From Eledone cirrhosa (Eukaryota): a DNA stretch of 64,000 nt. The first letter of the stretch is position 1; each line of letters starts with the position of its first letter. This document shows, piece after piece, positions 54,740-64,000 of this stretch. The notes under the pieces were generated by a model. The model did no database searches and was not told the origin of the DNA. It saw only the letters and a list, made by a program, of their open reading frames with translations. The stretch lies in NCBI GenBank assembly GCA_964016885.1, contig OZ024741.1, forward strand, positions 170,810,001-170,874,000. The letters are read 5' to 3'. Made by a program: the position numbers and the translations under genes.

Positions 54740-55010
54740 CCATAGTGGTAAGGGTGTTTGAATTACGATCATAATTTCGTGCGTTCAATTTCCGAGCTGG
54801 GCTGTGTATTGTGTTATTGAACAAAATACTTCATTTCACGTTACTCCAGTAAACTCAACTGAAGATGCATACCAGCAAAAGCTGGGGGTTTAAATCTGCG
54901 ATGGACTGGCCTCCTGGTCATGGAGTTTTGTTGTACTCTCAGACCCTTCACGCTACGTAACCGGGATAAGAATCGGCCTGGCGAGTCTCCTAACTTGAGA
55001 CAGACTTTAG
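54740..55010 (+). mobile_element. Old tRNA-derived SINE of a different family
   Basis: tagtggtaag A box, cgttcaattt B-box-like, tgcgatggactggc and aaccgggataag 3' motifs. Confidence 0.6.
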
Positions 55011-55181
55011 ATTTTAGATATCAAATAAGCCGTTTGTCACAGACCATTTGCAAAATATTTAGTTATATGTATGAAGTATTTCATGTAAAATTGTTGCGCT
55101 CGTATGAGTAGGTTGACTGAGGATAAATCAAATGGAAAATTATTAATTTATGAGCAGATGTTCTCTGTACAGATGTTCTCG

Positions 55182-55278
<97 letters not shown>

Positions 55279-55359
55279 ATATAAATATATATATATGTCC
55301 CAAGGCTCTGACACAAGCAACACTATAAACACAGAGTTGGCATATCTAAGAACTGACTA

Positions 55360-55415
55360 ACCGCCTGATGAGGTCATAGCCATTCAATGGCTATCATCGA
55401 AATATATATAGCAGT
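55360..55415 (+). ncRNA. Type I hammerhead ribozyme
   Basis: accgc CTGATGA ggtcatagcca ttcaa tggctatcatc GAAA tatata TA gcagt. Confidence 0.75.
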
Positions 55416-55544
55416 AAATAATGGATTATGAGTTAATGCAATTGACTTATGTTTCGTCACTATATATATATATACATATATATATATATTTATGGTGACG
55501 AAAAATAAGTCAATTGCATGAACTCATAATCTTTTATAATAATT

Positions 55545-55648
<104 letters not shown>

Positions 55649-55959
55649 CTTATGGTTTTATATTTTCACAAATATTTACCAATAGAGAGAGAGAGAGTCG
55701 GTTTCTAACATAGACACAATACTCTCTCATTGAAATTTACACAACATCGACTAGGTAGATTATGTATGTATACATGCCTGCATGCATACACAGATATGGA
55801 TGTTATTGTATGTGTAGATGTGTATGTTTTGAGTTGTATGTGTGCATGTGTATATGCTTTGTATCTGTATATGCGTATATGCAGTTATTAGATGCAAAAT
55901 GTTTGGAATGTTTTACGTATTTTTACTGTTCCATTAATGGATTGTACTTGTAATTTCCT

Positions 55960-58850
55960 AACTAGTTGTGTTCTTTCTGTTCCTGTGAAGCCTAGCTGCT
56001 CAAGATTTGTAATGAGACAGTTAGGTGTAATCAGGGAGGAGTATCTGCAGATTTCTCATCAGTTCTGCATAAATATTCTCCTTTTAGCTAATCTTTGATA
56101 TTATATTGGCATCTGCTGGGCAGCTAATTTCCACTGGGCAGCTAATTTCACTACTGTGCATGCTTTCTTATCCATGTCCTATATCATAATATCTGGTCTG
56201 CATTTTATTGGGGTTTTTACTGGAACATTCCACCAGTACTCTTTCATATTATGTATATGGATGTCTTCCACATTGCTGTAACTTTTAATGTGTTTATTAT
56301 CGGGGCTATCTTTTTTACGAACTGCATTGTACAGTGTTTTGGCCACTACATCATGCCTCATAGGTAGATAGTACCGCGATGACATCTTTGGACAGCTGCT
56401 GATGACATGGGTGAAATCCTCGATGTTAGTTCTGCAGAGTCTGCACTTGTTATCATATCTAGGGGTTTTGCCTGCATACCTATTTCTTTTTTGAATCAGG
56501 TATTTGGTGTTAATTTCCTGTTCTTGGATTGCAAAAGCGTATCCTTCAAAGTGGGAGGCAATATAACGGTTGTTGGTCCAAGACAGACTACTTTCCGTAT
56601 CTATATTACTCTCACTCTGGAGCTTCGTGGCAACATATCCATGCATGATATTTTGCTGATAAGCATGCATTTTTTCATCCATGGATTCACTGCGATACTG
56701 CTGAGCGACTTCCCTGAGTATGATTTTTTGATTATCGCACAGGGAATATCCCTGGAGGATTTCCTTCCCAGCTCTCATGATCTTATCTGTTTCATGCAGA
56801 TAGACTTGCTCGAGAAACGGGCTCCTACGCTTCGGGGTTCGTAGATGTTGTCGGAGAAATATGATGCGACATTCAAATGTTGTCTGGACTGATGTTAGGC
56901 CTCTGGCTCCCTGCTTACGTTTCAAGTAAAGGCGGTCTATGTCACTGCTGATGTGGAAGTTTCCGGTGTTGTTCAGTATTTTTCGAGTTCCAACATCAAC
57001 TGCTCGGATTTCGTCTATCGTCCAATTGAGTATTCCAAACGTTAGTGTTAGGACAGGCAAAGCAAACACATTGTGAGTCATTGTTTTGTTTTGCGCAGAG
57101 AGTTCCGATGACCAGATCTTTCTTAATCGGGTGTAGTATTCCCTGGTTACGCGTTCTTTATTACAGATACCATCATAGGATATGTTCTCATCTATCCCCA
57201 GGTATCTGTAGCAGTCCTCATCAGATATCGGTGAAACAGTTAGGCCATTGATGACAATGTTGCTAGATTGGGATGTTGTTTTTACCTCCTTTACAGTCAT
57301 GTATGAGCATTTATCTTGGCCAAACCCCATTCCTATATCCTTTGAGAACGTTGTAACCAACGTTGTAACCAAGATTTTTCTTCATCCCATCCATGTTCTT
57401 GGCATAGCATTTCAGATCATCCATAAATAAATTATGAGTTAGGTTCGTATTTCTGTCCTCCTGTGAGCCAATGATGTATCTTCACATTTCTTGAGCAGAA
57501 TGGACAAGGAGTTTAATGACAGGATGAATAATATCACAGAGAGACTGTCCCCCTGAAATATACCCCTGCGATCTTTTATTTTATCAGTGAAAATAGAGTC
57601 CTCTTTCTCTGTCTTTAACTTTAGGAGAGTAGCCGAAGAAGAAGACAGCTTCTCTATGGCTCTGATAATAATGTCTGGGACTTTAGCAAGCTGGAGGGCC
57701 TCTATCATCCAAGAGTGGGGAACATAATCTAAAGCTTTCCTGTAGTCCAGCCAGACTGTAGACATATTCCTCCTAAGTTGTCGCACCTCCGACATCGCAG
57801 TTTTGTTGATTAGAAGTTGTTCAGCACATCCCCAAACCCCTTTCTTTCCTGCTTCTTGTTCATCTGTGATGATGTTATTATTTTCACAGTGATCTTGGGG
57901 GAATAGGTTCAGGCAAGCTGTATACATCAGTTCTGGCATGCAATGGGTCGGTAGTTTTTTGCCAGGTGGTTGTCTTTGTTCTTGGGGACCAGTAATGTAT
58001 GTGCTAATGTCAACCATTCTGGCATAAGTGTATCTCCCTTAAGAGCTTGTTGGTAGAGGTCAGTAAGATACCTCCGATAGAATATCCGTTTTTTGTACCA
58101 GTAGCCGACAATCATGTCTCTTCCTTGTGTTTTCTTATCTTGGAGTTTTGCTATCACAGTCTCAATGGTACCCTCACTTATTTCGTATCATTTTGTTGTA
58201 GTGTAGGAGCAATAGTTCTTTCGGATTTCTTTTAGCCACACTGCATCTTGGTTGAAATTCTTCTTTTCACCCCATATTTTTCTCCAAAAGGAATCTATGT
58301 CTTTCTGGGATGGGGCCTCAGTGGCACTTATTAGTTTGCCCTTTATATCTCTATAGACTGATGTTTGGTTTCGTTTGAATCTTTTATTAAGTACTTTTCT
58401 TTCATCTACCTTCTTCAGGTATCGGTGTTTTTCGTTAACAGCTCTCAATTCTTGTTTGATGGTGATCAGCTTATATTGAAGAGTTCTGGTTCTACTGTTA
58501 CCAAATATCGTCTCTATTTTATTTTTCCCTCTTTGTCTGTGAGGAGTGAGGTTTTTTTGTGTTTGCTTGCATGAAAGGAGCATTGTCACATATCCTATTA
58601 TTTTTCGTAGATCAGCAATCTTCTTTCTATTTTAGTTATATATGATGGTATTTTTGGTGGTTTTTTGTTCTTGTTAATATCTCTGCTATCACCAACATAA
58701 TGCTTCACTGTCGTTTATAAACAGCATCTAAACAGGCGTTGATTTGCCAAAATGTTGAGGTTTTTATCCTTCGTAAATATTAATCACCTATTTCGTCAAT
58801 AACACGTAATATTTCATTATTTGGTTTTTTATTAAATATTGTTGTTCAGC
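55960..58850 (-). mobile_element. R4/Dong-like RLE non-LTR retrotransposon, fragmented RT-zinc knuckle-RLE
   Basis: NYRPIAC, WLDYRKALDYVPH, GIFQGDSLS, LFMDDLK, CRLC..THVISSC, RHD, RPDI. Confidence 0.88.
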
Positions 58851-58961
58851 AAGTGCGATATTTATACATGAATTAATTTCTCTCTGGATGTATGTATGTA
58901 TGCATGTATGCATTGATGCATCACAATACGATGTCCACAAACTTATAAATTAAGCATATGA

Positions 58962-58997
<36 letters not shown>

Positions 58998-59019
58998 TAA
59001 ATCTCAGTAAGACGGTACA

Positions 59020-59710
59020 GATAGACATGGTTCAAAGCTCTTATACATTCTGCTCAGGGAGGTGTGTGGTCCACAAATATCACCACTTCGCTCCAAAGTC
59101 GTCAAGGGATTGCTCAGAGATCCGAAGGAAATCCTGATCAGGTGACATGACCACTTTCATGAGCTCCTCAACAGACCATCAGAAATCGATGATGAATTCA
59201 TCCGTTCGATTCCATCCAAACCTACAAAGCTGCTAATGTCTGATCCTTCTTCATTTGATGAGCTGGTGAAGGACATTGCCAAATTAAACAGCTGCAAAAC
59301 ATCTGGAATGGATGGACTGTGTGCCGAGATCTTCAAGTGTGCTGGTGATAACTTCTTAAACCGTCTCACTGATCTCCTTGTGAATGTTTAGAATGAAGAA
59401 GATATACCACAGAACTGGAAAGGTGCATTGATGACTTTGGCAACTACAGACGTATTTCACCGGATACTGTTGGACAGATTGATACAGCACATCGCTGTTG
59501 AGGTACTTCCTGAATCCCAATGTGTCTTTAGGAACGACAGAAGCACTTTTGACATGGTCTTCTCAGCTAAACAACTTCAACAGAAATGCATTGAGCAGGT
59601 CAAGGACTTATAGTAAGTTTTTGTCGATCTGACCAGGGAATTTGACACCGTAGATCAGAAGGCTTTGTGGGTTACTTTGGAAGATTGGGCTGTCCTGAAA
59701 AGCTTGTGAA
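59020..59710 (+). pseudogene. RTE-clade reverse transcriptase fragment
   Basis: KTSGMDGLCAEIFK, IPQNWK, LPESQCVFR.DRST.DMVF..KQLQQKCIEQ, FVDLTREFDTV. Confidence 0.82.
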
Positions 59711-59976
59711 CATATAGATATATATAGTATACACACATAAATATTTACATATATATCCTACTCTCAGTAGCAGTATATCAGCAGAGTTAGGACGTCGAAT
59801 GGTATGTTTCGTTGGACAATAATAATAGCGTAATCTAGTCTCTCGTCTGTACATGTAAACACGTATCCACACGAACACACACACACCTCTCGCTCTCTCT
59901 CTCTCTCCGTCTCTCTCTCCGTCTCTCTCTCTCTCTCTCCCTCTCTCTCTCTCTCTCCCTCTCTCCCTCTCTCTCC

Positions 59977-60008
<32 letters not shown>

Positions 60009-60258
60009 CTATCTCTCTCTATATATAGTAGTTGTCCCAAATTGAAGGATGATTATTTTAAACTTTATTTTATCATGAGTTAAGGCTCTATTGATTTTTC
60101 CCTGAATTTCACTAAATTCACTATCGATCCTTTATGAGTTGAGTTTGAATTATTTTTCACACATCTTACGTTAACAATTTTTTCCATTTTGACGCTATAG
60201 TCACTTATATATTATGGAATACTGATGGCTTTTTGCTACAATATTTTCTATACCTTTC

Positions 60259-60371
<113 letters not shown>

Positions 60372-60611
60372 TACAGATTATCTATTTATTTAGAGGTATT
60401 TTTTAAATATCTATTTTCTGTTTTAATTAATTAATTTGCTATAATATATTTCATATACATAATTTTATTTATATAGTTTGTTATAATATTACATTATTTA
60501 TATAAATTCATTTTGGCCGGAAGTAATACAGAAAAGTTGATTGATTCCATTCAGTAGATTCTTATAATTGATTTTTGATGTATGTACATGCGTCTATACA
60601 CTTAATATAGT

Positions 60612-60752
<141 letters not shown>

Positions 60753-60942
60753 GTATGACTGAGTGTGTGTTGCATTTCCAATAATTTTTCTCCATATCCT
60801 TTTCTTTGCAATAAATCCAATTTCTAAGAAAGGAAATCTATGTGTAGTGTGTATGTAAGTATTGAATGCAAATATTATACACACACACGCACAGACAGAC
60901 AGATATATATATATACATACATATTTTTGTATATATATATAT

Positions 60943-61063
<121 letters not shown>

Positions 61064-61409
61064 TGTCTGAGTACAAGAATAATGTGGGACATATGTGCAC
61101 AGTATTATAATATATTAAATTATACTATACTAGTATTTTGTATAATATTTAATTTCGAGAACTTAAGAGATTTCCGATACTGAAATGAATATGTACAACT
61201 ATAATTCTTTTACTCGTCGTACGAAAATACAAATTCATATGAATTCTTATCAATTCAGAATGATGTATTATATTTTGCCGTATTTGCTCTTAAAGTAGTT
61301 TTTATTGGCATCTTCTTGTTTCTTTACTTTATTTTTTATGCATCTATTCATACGTATTTATAAATAGGTTCTTCCGCTTTTGTTATTGCTATTATTTTCC
61401 ATCTTAGTG

Positions 61410-61613
61410 TGGCGGATTTGAAGTATTAGTAGAGCATCGAACAATATCTTTTGTGGTATTTAATTGAGACTTTGTATGTTCTGAGTTGAATTTCTGCCGA
61501 ATTTATCTTCGCCTTTCATAAAATAATATACTAGTCAAGTACTGTAATTGATATCAATCTAGTTCCCCGTCCCCCAAATTGCTGCTCTTGTGCCAAATTT
61601 AGAAATCATTATT
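61410..61613 (+). mobile_element. Old diverged SINE copy
   Basis: ggcggatttg start, ctgagttgaatttctgccga, gcctttcat, cttgtgccaaatttagaaatcattatt. Confidence 0.7.
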
Positions 61614-64000
61614 ATGAATCTCCTTATGAGAAGGATTATGTGAATGAGTGACACGAAGCCATCAGTAGAAATATAACTATACCTGCCAAATACAGTCACA
61701 CTTTATCTGTTTATCTGCTTTCATGAGGATGACCTACTGGCGCAAGCAGAGACCAAAGTTTTGTGTCTGGTATGTATCATTTTTTTGAAACACTGACAGT
61801 AAAATAAGACTTGCCTTTATGTAGCCAACATATTTCTAAATCTGTAGAATTCTTGTTTGGCCCCTTCATGTCGGTGTCTTATTTAATTGCTTTTTCATTT
61901 TCCAAATTGCATCGGCGTAAACCATCTAAAATTTCAGTAATTTTTCCTTGCAATATTCCCACATTTGAAATAAAGTATTATATATGAGGCATTGTAGAAC
62001 TTGATATACTAATGACTGCAAAATATACGATCTTAGGTCTGCTCCATCAAAGGTAACCTGCATTATAAAAGGAGGTAACATCATCAACAACGGCAGCAAT
62101 AGTTCCAGCAGCGACAACAACAGCAGCTACAGCTATATGTGGCAGTCGACAACAAAATCAATAACAACAACATCAACACCAAGAAAGTAGAAATCAACGG
62201 TGTCGACATGTTAACTGTACGACCGATATTTTGGATCAAACCCTCTGTTGTTGGTCTTATTTAGTTCCATCTCATCTCTCATCCCGATATAATTTATCTC
62301 AGACAACATCCAAAGACTCATTTCTTTAAAGGAAAGGACACATTTGAAGTAATATGTGATACGTAGCGGCTATTGTGTGATTTAGCTGCTATTTCTAACT
62401 ATTAAAATAACCGCCCGCATAGAGGCTCACTCTTCGCAACTGGTTTATTTTCATTAAGTATTCTGATTGCTGTGCTGTGTGTATCTAAAGAAATCAAGCA
62501 GTGTTTATCTTGGAACAAGTTATGTAATGTATTATTTTCTTTAAGACGAGCTTACTCAAATTAGATTTGTTTTGTTACTTTTAGAATGTCCTGTGGCTAA
62601 ATAGACTTCTCTTTGACTCCAACTATTTCCCTGGTTCCTTCCCACTAACTGTACAATAGTTAGTAGCATGAGTATAAAGAAACATTTATCATTCAGGTTT
62701 GACAAAATGTTTTGTTAGCTTAGATTAGGTCGCATCAACTTAGTGCCGGTTGTCGTTTCATATAATGTGACCGGCATTAACGTATGTTTATGAATGATAC
62801 TGGTTTGATTGATATGTATACACAACTAGAATCTTGCGGGAAGTAGCCTCCTTTATAATCGTAGTTTCATACTAGCCTGCCCACCTCATTCCCCACATGC
62901 CTGCTATGTCTATATTATCGGGGATTTGATAAGATTCTTATGGATAGAAAGTTAAATACTTTGAAGCCTTTACAACGACAGCATGATACTTTGATATGTT
63001 GAAGTTGCTTGACCTTGGGATGCTATGTCAAATAATAATTATGTGGAATGATCTTCTTGCAGCATTACTAATGGTCAGTGACATCCAATTCAACTTTATT
63101 TGTTGCAACTAGATGCTTAAGCAACAGGCTGATCAATTACACCTTACAGTCATTCTGAGACAATCATTGGCAGATCATTAACAGATGGACCCATACATGA
63201 CTGGATCCATCAGCTAATCATTATGAGTTACTTAAGAATTCCACTCCCCAGCCCAATCATGATACCTGGGGTTAATTTTCACTACCCAGTGTTTTGGTAC
63301 TTAACATACACGCTCGTCAATTCAAACTTTGAAAGTGAAACTTCAGAGAAGAATATGTGTTGAATGCAGTGGGATAGACTGTACATGGAATTCAAAGTTC
63401 TAATCCACGTCACGTATTATGTAACTATGGCTCGATGTGTGAATGACGTCAGCGGTTTATGTGATGTGTGTGTAGAAATCTCAGCCTCCTGCATCTTTAA
63501 TCTTTAATGTGACACGCGCTTATTCGATCGAAGAGAGGAGGATGTCTCAACAGGCACAGCTAATATAGTTTCGAGTCTTCAGCCAGCAATAGATAGCAGC
63601 TACAGTTTCTTTTCAGTGTAAGAAATTATCATCAAGGTGGTCCGAACCATTATCATTTGTTGTGGTTTAAAATGTAGCCTAGAGGGTGCATCAAAATATT
63701 TTAGCTATATACGATCACCTATTTAGTTCAATTGGGTGCTTTGAGAAAAAGAAAAGAAAAATAAAGAGTGGAAGGAAAAATCAAAAAGATTACTGCCATT
63801 CTCTCTTTAGAATAAGACTTGATGAAATTTTCCTTCTCCAACGAAAAGGCAGTTCACACGCTATCAATACCGTATTGGCAAGGAAAAAAGATTGCAAAAC
63901 AAAGACTGTATGGGTTATATGTAACGGTTTTAACGACAGATCAGAATTCGAAACATCGAATATTCACCCATTTTAAATATTAATCAAAGAATAGATTATC

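Noticed and set aside
63558-63587. - strand gctgg CTGAAGA ctc GAAA cta TA ttagc hammerhead-like string
   Set aside because: Stem II essentially absent and stem I relies on two G-U pairs; may be chance
61620-64000. Microsatellite-poor segment that might hold a host exon or old LINE RT
   Set aside because: No convincing ORF, splice pair or motif series by eye

Overview
AT-rich, microsatellite-saturated eukaryotic non-coding DNA with no recognisable host exon. The repeat content suggests a cephalopod, probably Octopus (inference from the tRNA-head/Nin-domain SINE and the repeat mix). Almost all short ORFs in the track are (TA)n/(CA)n/(GA)n artefacts. Real coding remnants are all transposon-derived: two near full-length, frameshifted Tx1/L1-clade LINEs tail-to-tail (8.6-19.7 kb), an R4/Dong-like and a CRE-like RLE element, an RTE-like RT, Penelope-like (PLE) GIY-YIG fragments including a Naiad-like one, a mariner relic, three non-autonomous Helitrons and about 14 SINEs. 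The most interesting signal is non-coding. At least 13 type I hammerhead ribozyme motifs (CTGANGA-stem II-GAAA-stem III-TH-stem I) from about 9 distinct-looking families lie in short elements embedded in (TA)n. These elements recurrently show terminal redundancy, circular permutation and a fold-back inverted segment, and the inversion point often lies in or next to the ribozyme. This looks like a diverse PLE-mobilised, retrozyme-like system. All motifs were read by eye and no alignment or folding was run.
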